Of a stretch of DNA of 64,000 nt, positions 20,123 to 29,502 are shown piece after piece. Position 1 is the first letter of the stretch. Each line of letters starts with the position of its first letter. The stretch covers positions 1 through 64,000 of the forward strand of contig CAXXNO010000002.1 in NCBI GenBank assembly GCA_963663235.2, written 5' to 3'. The notes under the pieces are model-generated. The model saw nothing but the letters and a program-made list of their open reading frames with translations. It had not been told where the DNA came from and made no database searches. The DNA is from Dehalococcoidia bacterium (GTDB lineage Bacteria > Chloroflexota > Dehalococcoidia > Bin125). Position numbers and translations under genes: made by a program.

Positions 20123-21711
20123 TAGGGACCGCCTCCGCCCAGCGCCAGGCTGATGCCAGCGCTGTCGCGCACGTCAGGGTGCACGGCGGCGATGCCCTCC
20201 GCGATGGGCTCCACACCCATCTCCAAGACGTCCATCACCACCGAGGGGTAGACGCCCAGCAGGACGATCAGCGCCACCAGGGAGCCCACGGCGGTGACCT
20301 CCCACCAGTAGCGGATGTCTTCCAGGTGCGCCCAGCGATCGTCGCGGGGCCCAAAGAACGAGCGTTGCAGCGCCCAAAGAAGGTACCCCGCCGCCAGCAG
20401 AACCCCTACCAGCGCCACGAGCGTCTGCGGCTCGTGGCGGCCGAAGGCGCCCAGGAACACGGTGATCTCGGCGACGAAGCCCGCCAGCGCCGGCAGCCCC
20501 ATGCCCGCCAGCCCGGCAAAGACCATCGCCGCGCCGAGCAGCGGCAGATGATGCATGAGCCCACGCATCGCTCCGATCTCCCGGGTGTGCGTGCGGTCGT
20601 AGACCATCCCGACAACGACGAAGAGCAAGCCCGTGATCAAACCGTGCGTGACCAGTTGCATCGCCGCGCCGGTCATCCCCACCACGCCCAGCGCCGACAC
20701 GCCCAGCAGCACGAAGCCCATGTGCGACACGGACGAATAGGCCACGAGCCGCTTCAGGTCCGTCTGCCGCATGGTGATGATCGCCCCGTACACGATCGAC
20801 ACCGTGCCGACGATCGCCAGGGCGACGTCCGCGTCGCCGGCGGTGTCCGGCATGAGCGTGAACAGCAGCCGCAGGATCCCGTAGCCGCCCATCTTCAGCA
20901 GCACGCCCGCCAGGAGCACAGAGACGGCGGTGGGCGCGTCGGTATGGGCGTCGGGGAGCCAGGTATGCAGCGGCACCACAGGCAACTTCACAGCGAACGC
21001 CAGGAAGACGAAAGCGAAGATCACCGGCACGGGCAGGACGGCCGCGGTCAGGGCCGACTCCTGGATCAGGCGCATATCGAACGTCCCGGCGGCCACACCC
21101 ATGACAAGGAAGCCCACGATCATGAAGGCGGAGCCGGTGAAGGTGAAGAGGACGAACTTCAAGGCGGAGTAGCTCGCCCGGCCGCTGCCCCAGACGCTGA
21201 TGAGGAAGAACATCGGCACGAGCTCGAGCTCCCAGAACAGGAAGAAGAAGATCAGGTCCGTGGCCATGAAGACGCCCAGCACGGCGCTCTCCAGCACCAG
21301 CAGCCAGGCGAAGTACTCCTTGGGCCGCAGGTCCACGCGCCAGGAGACGAGGACCGCCACCGCGGTCAAGAGGCCGGTGAGCAGCACCAGCGGCATCGAC
21401 AGCCCGTCGACGCCGAGGGCGTAGGAGATATCGAAGCCGACGTCCTCCGCCTTGACCCAGAGGAACTCGTCGGTGAACTGGAAGCCGCTGTCGTTGCGGT
21501 CGAGCAAGACAAACAAGACCAGCGCGATGACGAACGTCGTGACGGCCACCGCCAGCGCCGCCCACTTGGCCCGAGTCTGGGCGTCGCCGGGCACCCGGCG
21601 GAACAGGGGCGCCGTCCAGGAGACCCGCTCGCCGGGGAGCAGCGCGATCAGCACCGCCCCCGCCAGCGGCAGGAAGACGAGGACAGACAGGATCGGAAAA
21701 CCGTCTCCCAT
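20122..21711 (-). CDS. nuoM: NADH-quinone oxidoreductase subunit M
   Basis: 'GVDGLS', 'FFLFWELELVPM', 'PLHTWLPDAHTDAPT', 'LLKMGGYG', 'DLKRLVAYSSVSHMG'. Confidence 0.94.
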   Translation of the reverse strand: MGDGFPILSVLVFLPLAGAVLIALLPGERVSWTAPLFRRVPGDAQTRAKWAALAVAVTTFVIALVLFVLLDRNDSGFQFTDEFLWVKAEDVGFDISYALGVDGLSMPLVLLTGLLTAVAVLVSWRVDLRPKEYFAWLLVLESAVLGVFMATDLIFFFLFWELELVPMFFLISVWGSGRASYSALKFVLFTFTGSAFMIVGFLVMGVAAGTFDMRLIQESALTAAVLPVPVIFAFVFLAFAVKLPVVPLHTWLPDAHTDAPTAVSVLLAGVLLKMGGYGILRLLFTLMPDTAGDADVALAIVGTVSIVYGAIITMRQTDLKRLVAYSSVSHMGFVLLGVSALGVVGMTGAAMQLVTHGLITGLLFVVVGMVYDRTHTREIGAMRGLMHHLPLLGAAMVFAGLAGMGLPALAGFVAEITVFLGAFGRHEPQTLVALVGVLLAAGYLLWALQRSFFGPRDDRWAHLEDIRYWWEVTAVGSLVALIVLLGVYPSVVMDVLEMGVEPIAEGIAAVHPDVRDSAGISLALGGGGP

Positions 21712-21720
21712 TCGATTCCC

Positions 21721-23643
21721 TTAGAAGAGCACCACGGCGCCCCAGATGATGACACCGCCCGCCACCAGCCCCACGGCCATCGATTGCACCTGGCCGTTCT
21801 GCACCAGCCGTCCCCAGCGGCCGGTCTCGAACGTGCCGCGCCAGACACCGTTGGCGAAACCATCGACCGCGACCGCGTCGAAGGCCGCCATCGCGCGCGC
21901 GACGCCGCCGTAGAAGGCGCGCCGCACCAAGAGATCCTCCACCAAGTAGTCCATGTAGAACTTGTTCTCCAGGAGGCGGTGCAGCGGCAGCAGCGGCCGG
22001 CTGGCGCGCAAGGCGGCGACGTCGCGCGCGCGCCACTGGTAGAGCGCCAGCGCCCCGCTGATGCCGGCCGCCACCACCACGGAGGAAGCGATGAAGATCC
22101 CGACGTCGAACTCGAACTCGCCCAACTCCGGCTCCGGCAGCGCCCCCAGCACCCAGGTTTGGAACTCGCCGCCGAAGGTGAGGAACCCCGCGGTGATCGC
22201 CAGCAGCGCCAGGACCACCAGCGGCCACCTCATGCTGGGCGGCGCCTCGTGCGGGTGGGACGGGTCGACGCCGTGCTCGCCGGGTTGCGGCTGCTCGCCG
22301 CCGCGATACGTGCCGTGGAAAGTGAGCACGATGACGCGGAACATGTAGAACGCCGTCAGCCCGGCCGTCGCCAGGCCAAAGGCGAAGATCACCTTCTGCT
22401 CCGACCAGGCCGCGGTCAGGATCTCATCCTTGGACCAGAACCCGGCCAGCGGGATCACCCCCGAGAGCGACAGCGCCCCGATCAAGAACGTGATGTAGGT
22501 CACGGGCATCGTCGACCGCAGCCCGCCCATGCGGCGCATATCGAACGTATTCGTCGAGTGGCCGACGGAGCCGGCGCCCAGGAAGAGCAGCGCCTTGAAG
22601 AAAGCGTGCGTCATGAGATGGAAAACGGCCGCCCCGTAGGCGCCGATCCCCAGCGCAAACATCATGTACGCCAGCTGGCTGATGGTGGAGTAGGCCAGCA
22701 CGCGCTTGATGTCGGTCTGGGTGACGGCGAGGAGCGCCGCGCCCAAGGCCGTCCCGGCCCCGATCCAGGCGATGAGATCGCCGGCGGTGGCCGAGGCCTC
22801 CAGCACGGGAAAGAACCGGGCCAGCAGGTACACCCCCGCGACGACCATGGTGGCGGCGTGGATGAGAGCGGAGACCGGCGTCGGACCCTCCATCGCGTCG
22901 GGCAGCCAGATGTGCAGCGGGAACTGCGCGCTCTTGCCCACCGCCCCCGCGACCAGACCGAGCGCGAAGAGCGTGAGCATCGTCTGTCCCAGCAGCCCCA
23001 CCTCCACCAGCGCCAGCACGTCCGTGTTGATCGCGGCGATGTCCAGCGTGCCCGTGCGCTCCCAGATGAGGATCAGGGCGGCCAGCAGGCCCAGGTCGCC
23101 GGCGCGCGTGACCAGGAAGGCCTTCTTCGCAGCCGCGGCAGCGGCCGGGCGATGGAACCAAAAGCCGATCAGCAGATACGAGGCCAGCCCGACGAGCTCC
23201 CAGAACACGAAGAGCATGACGAGGTTGTCGGCCAGGACCAGCCCCAGCATCGCCGAGGTGAACAGCGACATGAAGGCGAAGTAGCGCGTGTAGCCGCCGT
23301 CGCCGCGCATGTAGCCGGTGGAGTAGACCTGCACGATGAACGAAACGCCGGAGACCACCACCAGCATGACGGCGGTGAGCCCGTCCAGGCGGATGCCGAC
23401 ATTGATCACCAACGAGCCGACGTCGACGAGCTCGTGCGTGCCGAAGCCCATGCCGCGGCCGTCGCCGCTGATTGCCTCCGCCAGCGGCCACAGCGAGAAG
23501 CCCAAGGCCAGCCCCACCGCCCCCACCGTCAGCAGGCCCGCGAGCCGCGGCGCGTCGCGCAAGAACAGCGTGATCGTGACGAACGACGCCAGCGGCAGGA
23601 AGAAGATGAGCCAGAGGATCGCTTCGGGGACGGGCTCGCTCAT
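21721..23643 (-). CDS. nuoL: NADH-quinone oxidoreductase subunit L
   Basis: 'GKSAQFPLHIWLPDAMEGPTPVSALIHAATMV', 'THAFFKALLFL', 'GFWSKDEIL'. Confidence 0.95.
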   Translation of the reverse strand: MSEPVPEAILWLIFFLPLASFVTITLFLRDAPRLAGLLTVGAVGLALGFSLWPLAEAISGDGRGMGFGTHELVDVGSLVINVGIRLDGLTAVMLVVVSGVSFIVQVYSTGYMRGDGGYTRYFAFMSLFTSAMLGLVLADNLVMLFVFWELVGLASYLLIGFWFHRPAAAAAAKKAFLVTRAGDLGLLAALILIWERTGTLDIAAINTDVLALVEVGLLGQTMLTLFALGLVAGAVGKSAQFPLHIWLPDAMEGPTPVSALIHAATMVVAGVYLLARFFPVLEASATAGDLIAWIGAGTALGAALLAVTQTDIKRVLAYSTISQLAYMMFALGIGAYGAAVFHLMTHAFFKALLFLGAGSVGHSTNTFDMRRMGGLRSTMPVTYITFLIGALSLSGVIPLAGFWSKDEILTAAWSEQKVIFAFGLATAGLTAFYMFRVIVLTFHGTYRGGEQPQPGEHGVDPSHPHEAPPSMRWPLVVLALLAITAGFLTFGGEFQTWVLGALPEPELGEFEFDVGIFIASSVVVAAGISGALALYQWRARDVAALRASRPLLPLHRLLENKFYMDYLVEDLLVRRAFYGGVARAMAAFDAVAVDGFANGVWRGTFETGRWGRLVQNGQVQSMAVGLVAGGVIIWGAVVLF

Positions 23644-23837
23644 CAGATCTTGCGCATGATCTCGTAGGCGACGTGGGTCTTGGAATCGGGCACGTAGAGC
23701 TTGCGGGGGGCGAAGTCCCCCTCGTCGGCGCGATCCGCCGGCACGATCAGGCGGATGGCAATGCCCTCCGCGTGGAACAGCTCCCGCCAGGTCTCCGCGA
23801 TGTAGCGGTTGGGGACCTCAGTCAGCTCAGCCCACAT
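23643..23837 (-). CDS. Small hypothetical protein, DUF2007/PII(GlnB)-like pattern
   Basis: 64 aa filling the nuoK-nuoL gap; TGATG stop/start overlap with nuoL; 'W..L..V.N...AE....L...EGI' and 'LYVP......A.EI' resemble DUF2007. Confidence 0.7.
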   Translation of the reverse strand: MWAELTEVPNRYIAETWRELFHAEGIAIRLIVPADRADEGDFAPRKLYVPDSKTHVAYEIMRKI

Positions 23838-23844
23838 GCGCGCG

Positions 23845-24159
23845 TCACCACCTCATCAGGTTGATGCGGTCGACGCTGATGGTGTCACGGTTGCGATAGA
23901 CCACCATCGCCAACGCCAGCCCCACCGCCACCTCGGCCGCGGCGGTGGCGATGATGAACATCACGAAGACTTGCGTCGAGAGCGCGACGTCCGTCACGGT
24001 GAAGCGCCCGAACGCCACCAGCGTCAGGTTGACCGCGTTCAGCATGAGCTCCACGCCCATCAGCACCGCGATGGCGTTGCGTTTCGCCAGCGCCACGTAG
24101 AGCCCGATGCCGAAGATCAGGGCGCCAACCACGAGGAAGTGCTCCAGCCCGATGGTCAT
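23845..24159 (-). CDS. nuoK: NADH-quinone oxidoreductase subunit K
   Basis: 'LMGVELMLNAVNL', 'AAAEVAVGLAL'. Confidence 0.95.
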   Translation of the reverse strand: MTIGLEHFLVVGALIFGIGLYVALAKRNAIAVLMGVELMLNAVNLTLVAFGRFTVTDVALSTQVFVMFIIATAAAEVAVGLALAMVVYRNRDTISVDRINLMRW

Positions 24160-24755
24160 GCGCTGCCTCCGCCGTCGCCATCGTCAGGGCTCGGCCCGGG
24201 CCCGTGGGGCCCGGGCCGGCGCGCCTCCATGGCAAGACTCTCGTCGTGGAGGGGCGCGTCCTCGGGGTCTTCGCGGGCCAGGGCGATGGCCCCCACGAGC
24301 GCGGCCGTCAACAACACCGCCGCGATCTCGAACGGCAGCACAAACTCATTGATCAACGACTGGCCAATCACCCGCGGCGATTCGGCGACGGGATCATCGA
24401 GCACGGCGGCCCAATCCGTCTCTACCGCCACGAAGACCATCGCGGCGGTGACCAGCCCCATCAGGATGGTGGCCGGGTAGCGCATGGAGGTCTCCGCGTT
24501 GTCGCGCGCGGCCCGGGGCGTGAGGAGGATGGCGAACAGCATCAGCACGGAGATCGCGCCGACATAGACCAACACCTGGACGACGGCGATGAACTCGGCG
24601 GAGAGCACGAGGTAGAGACCGGCCACGCCGACGAAGGCGAGGATCAGGAAGATCACGGCATGGATGAGATTGCGGCTGACGACGACGCCCAGCGCCGCCC
24701 CCACGGAGATGACCGCGAGCGACCAGAACGCCAGATGGTAGCCGACGCTATCCAT
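24156..24755 (-). CDS. nuoJ: NADH-quinone oxidoreductase subunit J
   Basis: 'RNLIHAV', 'AEFIAVVQVLVYVGAISVL', 'LPFEIAAVLL'. Confidence 0.93.
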   Translation of the reverse strand: MDSVGYHLAFWSLAVISVGAALGVVVSRNLIHAVIFLILAFVGVAGLYLVLSAEFIAVVQVLVYVGAISVLMLFAILLTPRAARDNAETSMRYPATILMGLVTAAMVFVAVETDWAAVLDDPVAESPRVIGQSLINEFVLPFEIAAVLLTAALVGAIALAREDPEDAPLHDESLAMEARRPGPHGPGPSPDDGDGGGSA

Positions 24756-24770
24756 GCTCCTGGGGCCGCC

Positions 24771-26039
24771 CTAGTCCCCTCCCCCAGCCGCCTCGGCCAG
24801 CTCCCGCGCGGCGCGCAAGCCGCCCACGCGGCCGCGGGCCATGATCGGGGCGTGGGGCAGGCGCGCCAGGGGGCCGCCGGCCGTCCGGGCGTAGAGCACC
24901 ACGACCGCCAACGTGATCGCCGCGTTGATCACGGCCATCACGGGTAACGCGACCGTGCGGTCCCAATCCGTCTCCAGCAGCACAGTCCGCTCCACCGCCG
25001 CCACGACGATGAAGAGCAGACCGGCGGGGACCAGGAACTTCCAGCAGAAGGACATCAGTTGGTCGATGCGCAGGCGGGGCAGCGTCCCTCGGAGCCAGAT
25101 GAGGACGAAGTAGACCATCGAGGTCTTGGCCAGCAGGATCAGCCAGCTCGGAACCCACTCCTCCAGGCCCCAGAGCCACCATCCGCCCAGGAAGAACGTC
25201 GCCATTAAGGCAGAGAGGGCGAACGCGTTGAGCAGCTCCACGGCGTAGAACAGCCCGAAGCGCATGCCCGAGTATTCCGTGTGGTAGCCCGCCACGATCT
25301 CCGACTCCGCCTCCGCAATGTCCATGGGCGTGCGGTTCAGCTCCGCCGTGCCGCCGATGAAGAACGTGAGCGCCGCCAGCGGCAGCAACAGGAGCAGGAT
25401 CAGGTCCTCTTGCTGCTGCCACTGCACGATGCCGTTCAGGCTCATGCTGCCGGTGAAGAAGACCACGGCGAGCAGCGACAGCACCACGGGCACCTCATAG
25501 CTAATGGTCATGGCGATCACGCGCATCGCGCCAAAGAGCGCGTACTTGTTGTTGGACGCCCAGCCGGCGATGAAGATCACCAGCACGTTAGTGCCCGAGA
25601 TCGCCAGCAGGTAGAGCACACCGACGTTCAGGTCCGCCACCTGCATGTTGGGGCCGAACGGCAACACGCCCCACACCAGGAGCGCGGGGATGAAGACCAG
25701 CACCGGCGGCAAGAAAAAGAGCCACTTGTCCGCCGCGCGCGGCACCAGCTCCTCCTTGAGGATCAGCTTGATGGCGTCCGCGACGGGCTGGAACAGACCG
25801 CGCGGCCCAACGCGGTTGGGCCCGTAGCGCACCTGGATGCGCGCGATCAGTTTGCGCTCCACCCAGATCAGCAGCAGGAGCGTGGGGCCGACAACGGCAA
25901 GAATCGCGAGGGAGCCGATCAGGCCCGACAGCGCCGAGGCCAGCCACTCCGGGCCCCAGCCCTGGACCCACTCGGTGATCTCGCGGCTGATGCCGCTGAG
26001 GTCTCGGAGGTCGTACCAAGCGGCGAGGAGAGCGGTCAT
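24771..26039 (-). CDS. nuoH: NADH-quinone oxidoreductase subunit H
   Basis: 'ERKLIARIQVRYGPNRVG', 'QPVADAIKL', 'AELNRTPMDIAEAESEIVAGYHTEYSG', 'LPRLRIDQLM'. Confidence 0.95.
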   Translation of the reverse strand: MTALLAAWYDLRDLSGISREITEWVQGWGPEWLASALSGLIGSLAILAVVGPTLLLLIWVERKLIARIQVRYGPNRVGPRGLFQPVADAIKLILKEELVPRAADKWLFFLPPVLVFIPALLVWGVLPFGPNMQVADLNVGVLYLLAISGTNVLVIFIAGWASNNKYALFGAMRVIAMTISYEVPVVLSLLAVVFFTGSMSLNGIVQWQQQEDLILLLLLPLAALTFFIGGTAELNRTPMDIAEAESEIVAGYHTEYSGMRFGLFYAVELLNAFALSALMATFFLGGWWLWGLEEWVPSWLILLAKTSMVYFVLIWLRGTLPRLRIDQLMSFCWKFLVPAGLLFIVVAAVERTVLLETDWDRTVALPVMAVINAAITLAVVVLYARTAGGPLARLPHAPIMARGRVGGLRAARELAEAAGGGD

Positions 26040-27160
26040 CGATCGATCTCACCGACCACGATGTCAATGGAGCCGAGGGTGACGATGGCGTCGGCCAGGG
26101 TCCCGCCCACGCTCATCTGCTTCAGCGCCGTGAGGTTGATGAGGCTGGGGGCGCGGCAGTGGAAGCGCAGCGGCGTCGGGCCGCCGTCGCTGACGACATA
26201 GAAGCCCAGCTCGCCCCGCGGCGACTCCACCCGCGCGTAGGCTTCCGCCTCGGGCGGGCGCAAGTGCAAGGGCACGTCGGTGAGCCAGGGGCCGCCGGGA
26301 ATGTTATCGACGACCTGCTTGAGGATGTGCACGCTCTGTCGCACCTCCTCCAAGCGCACGATGAAGCGGTCGTAGCAGTCGCCGTTGCGGCCGACGGGGA
26401 CGTCGAAGTCGAGTTGGTCGTAGACGCAGTAGGGATCGGCCTTGCGCAGATCCCAGGGCACGCCGGAACCACGCAGCACCGGACCACTGAGGGAGGCGTT
26501 GATAGCGGCCTCGGCGCTGATCACACCCACGCCGCGGGAGCGGACCACCAGGATCTCGTTGTCGACCGTGAGGCTGGCGTATTCCGCAATGCGATCGGGC
26601 ATCTCGTCCAGGAAGGCCCGCACAGCCGGCAAGAGCTCGGGCGGGGGGTCGAAGGCCACGCCGCCGATGCGCATGTAGTTGGTGGTGAGGCGTGCGCCGC
26701 AGGTCATCTCGAACATGTCGAGGACCTTTTCCCGCTCCCGGAACATGTACATCAACGGCGTTTGCCAGGCGCCGCAGTCGTTCACGAAGGTTCCGTTGGC
26801 CAGCGAGTGGCTGGCGATCCGCTGGAGCTCGGCGAACAGCACGCGGAACCATTGGGCCCGCGGCGGCACCTGGATGTCCGCCAGCTTCTCCACCGCCAGG
26901 CAGTAAGCGAGGTTGTTGGACATGGCCGCCAGGTAGTCGATGCGGTCGGTGAAGGGGATGTTCTGCGTGAACGTGCGCTCCTCGGCCAGCTTCTCCATCG
27001 AGCGGTGGAGGTAGCCGATGATCATGTCGGCGTCCTGCACCACCTCCCCGTCCAGCGTGACCTTGAGGCGGAAGACGCCGTGCGTGGAGGGGTGCTGCGG
27101 ACCCAGGTTGACAACGACCGGCTCGGAGCGGGTGCTGGTGGGCGGCGATTCCGGGCACAT
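26036..27160 (-). CDS. nuoD: NADH-quinone oxidoreductase subunit D
   Basis: 'NLGPQHPSTHGVFRL', 'GYLHRSMEK', 'ELQRIASH', 'ESPRGELG', C-terminal 'IDIVVGEIDR'; no Ni-binding CxxC. Confidence 0.95.
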   Translation of the reverse strand: MCPESPPTSTRSEPVVVNLGPQHPSTHGVFRLKVTLDGEVVQDADMIIGYLHRSMEKLAEERTFTQNIPFTDRIDYLAAMSNNLAYCLAVEKLADIQVPPRAQWFRVLFAELQRIASHSLANGTFVNDCGAWQTPLMYMFREREKVLDMFEMTCGARLTTNYMRIGGVAFDPPPELLPAVRAFLDEMPDRIAEYASLTVDNEILVVRSRGVGVISAEAAINASLSGPVLRGSGVPWDLRKADPYCVYDQLDFDVPVGRNGDCYDRFIVRLEEVRQSVHILKQVVDNIPGGPWLTDVPLHLRPPEAEAYARVESPRGELGFYVVSDGGPTPLRFHCRAPSLINLTALKQMSVGGTLADAIVTLGSIDIVVGEIDR

Positions 27161-27165
27161 TGCGG

Positions 27166-27708
27166 TTAACCCTCCGGGATCTGCGGCGTGCCGCCGGGGA
27201 CCGGCCAGGCGTTGCGACCGCTTTCGTGCGGGAATCCCGGCAGGCCGGCGCGCAGGTCGCCGGGCATCCCCAAGAAGTCCTTGCGCAGCGGGAAGCCCGG
27301 GAAGCCATCCCAGAGGAACATCCGCCGCAGGTCCGGGTGGCCATCAAAGCGGATGCCCATCAGGTCATAGACCTCGCGCTCTTGCAGGTGTGCGCCGTGG
27401 AAGCAAGCGACAAGACTGGGCACGCGGGGGGCGTCGTGGTCATCGGCGAGCGTCTTGAGCGTGAGCATGTGGTTGCGGTCCAGCGACTGGAGATGATAGA
27501 CGACCTCGAAGTGCGTCTCGCGATCGACGGCGGTCAGGTTGGAGAGGTAGCTGAGGTCGAGGTCGGCGTCGTCGGCCAAGTAGCGCACGGCCTCCGGCAG
27601 CCGCGCCGGCTCCACCACCAGCGCCGTCGAATCAGCGGCGCGGACAGCGCCGGGGACCGCCGCAGCCAGCCTCTCCGCCACGACCCGAGGGTCCAGCGCG
27701 GCCGTCAC
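27166..27708 (-). CDS. nuoC: NADH-quinone oxidoreductase subunit C
   Basis: 'LTAVD', 'EREVYDLMGIRFDGHPDLRR', 'PLRKDF'. Confidence 0.94.
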   Translation of the reverse strand: MTAALDPRVVAERLAAAVPGAVRAADSTALVVEPARLPEAVRYLADDADLDLSYLSNLTAVDRETHFEVVYHLQSLDRNHMLTLKTLADDHDAPRVPSLVACFHGAHLQEREVYDLMGIRFDGHPDLRRMFLWDGFPGFPLRKDFLGMPGDLRAGLPGFPHESGRNAWPVPGGTPQIPEG

Positions 27709-27709
27709 G

Positions 27710-28081
27710 CTAGCGCCACTCGAGGGCGCGCTTCTTCCACTCGTACACGAGGCCGAGCGCCAGCACCCCGATGAAGATCAGCCCGGCCACCAGACCGAAG
27801 GTCGCCACGTCGTCCAGCGCCACCGCCAGCGGGAACAGGAAGATGACTTCCACGTCGAAGAGCACGAAGATCAGGGCGATGAGGTAGTAGCGAAAGTTGA
27901 ACTGCACCCAGGTGGGGCCTTCCGTCTCCACCCCGCACTCGTAGGTGTCCGCCTTGACGACATTGGGAATCCGGGGCCGCACCTGCAATCGGTACATGGC
28001 CCAGGACGTGATGAGGGGGAGCGAAGGGAACGCGAGCGCGAACAGCAAGAGGATGGCAAGGTGGCTATATTGCTCCAGCAC
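27710..28081 (-). CDS. nuoA: NADH-quinone oxidoreductase subunit A
   Basis: 'YECG', 'YYLIALIFVLFDVEVIFLFP', 'YEWKKRALEW'. Confidence 0.95.
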   Translation of the reverse strand: MLEQYSHLAILLLFALAFPSLPLITSWAMYRLQVRPRIPNVVKADTYECGVETEGPTWVQFNFRYYLIALIFVLFDVEVIFLFPLAVALDDVATFGLVAGLIFIGVLALGLVYEWKKRALEWR

Positions 28082-28135
28082 CTCGCGGCCCTTTCGCTGC
28101 TTGTGAGAAGCGGCGCGAGCCGGAGTATACCATCG

Positions 28136-28195
28136 GCGCAGGGGGCGGCACAGGGGGCGGCACAGAGGGCAGCGCAGGGGGCGGCACAGGGGCAG
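28136..28195. repeat. 12-bp G-rich tandem repeat x5 (consensus GCRCAGGGGGCG) in the divergent promoter region
   Basis: gcgcagggggcg/gcacagggggcg/gcacagagggca/gcgcagggggcg/gcacaggggcag. Confidence 0.85.
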
Positions 28196-28305
28196 ACGTC
28201 GGGACCAGTCTCAGGCGCGGCCTCTGGGCCGGTCTCAAGACCGCACACTCTGACAGGCCGACCCAGGAAGGCGTCCCGAGGACTCGCGATGATGGCCAAC
28301 CGTTC

Positions 28306-29490
28306 ATGAGCCTTCAAGTCCGCCCGATCGGATTCGACAAGGAGCGGCGGAGGTTCATCGAGCTGCTGTGGAAGGTGTATCGCGACGACCCCATGTGGGT
28401 GCCGCCGCTGCGGCGGCAACTCGCCAGGCAGCTGGACGCCCGGCACAACGCCTTCCTCACCTACGGCACGGCGCAGCTGTTCCTCGCGGAGCGCGATGGG
28501 GAGGTGGTGGGACGCATCTCCGCGCACCTCAACCCGGTGCACGACGCCACCCACAACGAGCGCGGTGGCTTCTTCGGCTTCTTCGAATCGATCGACGATC
28601 CCGCGGTCGCGCAGGCGCTCTTGGAGAGCGCCGAAGACTGGCTGGCCCAGCACCAAGTCGACTGGGTGCGCGGCCCCATCTCCTTCACCATGAACCAGGA
28701 AGTGGGCATCCTGATCGAAGGTTGGGACACCCCGCCGACGGTCGGGATGGCGCACTCGCGCGATTACTACCCCGCCCTCATGGAAGGCGCCGGATACCGC
28801 AAGGCCAAAGATCTATACGCCTGGTCGTATGCGCTGGGCACGCTCAACAAGCGCCTCGCCGCCCTCTACGACCGCGTGGCGGCCCGGCCTAACGTTCACA
28901 TTCGCGAGTTCGAGCGCAAGCACTTCCATCGCGACGTGCGCATCGCCGCGCAGATCTTCAACGAGGGCTGGGCCGACAACTGGGGCTTCGTCCCCATCAG
29001 CGAAGCCGAGGCCGACCAACTGGCCGACGACTTGAACCAGTTCGCCAGCCCCGGGACCACGTCGATGATCGAGATTGACGGTGAGCCGGCGGCCATGGTG
29101 GTGGGGGTTCCCGACCTCAACCACGTCATCCGCGATATCGACGGCCGCCTGTTCCCGCTCGGGGCGATCAAGCTCAAGTGGCGCCTCTGGCGTGGCTCTC
29201 CCCGTGGCCGCTGCATCCTCCTGGGCATGCGCGCGCAATACCACCGGAACTTCAGCGCCGGCGTCGCTGCCTTGCTATGGGGGCAGATCCACCACTCGGG
29301 CAAGCGCTGCGGCTACGAGTGGGCGGAGCTGGGCTGGGTGTTGGAAGACAATGATCTGGTCAACAAGAGCATTGAGAGCGTCGGCGCGCGGCTCTACAAG
29401 CGCTACCGCATCTACCAGAAGGACGCGGCCGGCGCGCAGCCCGCGCCCGGCGACGCCGGTTCGGTTGTGACAGCAGAGTCGCCCGCCTAG
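28306..29490 (+). CDS. YghO-like double-GNAT N-acyltransferase (bacterial ceramide-synthase-like family)
   Basis: 'VYRDDPMWVPPL', 'FLAERDGEVVGRISA', 'FGFFESIDD', 'RGPISF...EVGILIEG', 'WADNWGFVP', 'ELGWVLEDN', 'YKRYRIY'. Confidence 0.75.
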   Translation: MSLQVRPIGFDKERRRFIELLWKVYRDDPMWVPPLRRQLARQLDARHNAFLTYGTAQLFLAERDGEVVGRISAHLNPVHDATHNERGGFFGFFESIDDPAVAQALLESAEDWLAQHQVDWVRGPISFTMNQEVGILIEGWDTPPTVGMAHSRDYYPALMEGAGYRKAKDLYAWSYALGTLNKRLAALYDRVAARPNVHIREFERKHFHRDVRIAAQIFNEGWADNWGFVPISEAEADQLADDLNQFASPGTTSMIEIDGEPAAMVVGVPDLNHVIRDIDGRLFPLGAIKLKWRLWRGSPRGRCILLGMRAQYHRNFSAGVAALLWGQIHHSGKRCGYEWAELGWVLEDNDLVNKSIESVGARLYKRYRIYQKDAAGAQPAPGDAGSVVTAESPA

Positions 29491-29502
29491 ACTGAGCATC
29501 GC

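Noticed and set aside
20179-23667. 1162-aa ORF on the + strand opposite nuoL/nuoM
   Set aside because: Antisense shadow of GC-rich membrane genes; His/Arg/Gly-rich with no domain; the minus-strand genes carry all conserved motifs
26036-27160. NuoD as a group 4 [NiFe]-hydrogenase large subunit
   Set aside because: Lacks both CxxC Ni-binding motifs and keeps quinone-site motifs
28136-28195. Short repeats as a CRISPR array (also 44017 and 54062)
   Set aside because: Units are contiguous with no unique spacers, too short, and there are no cas genes
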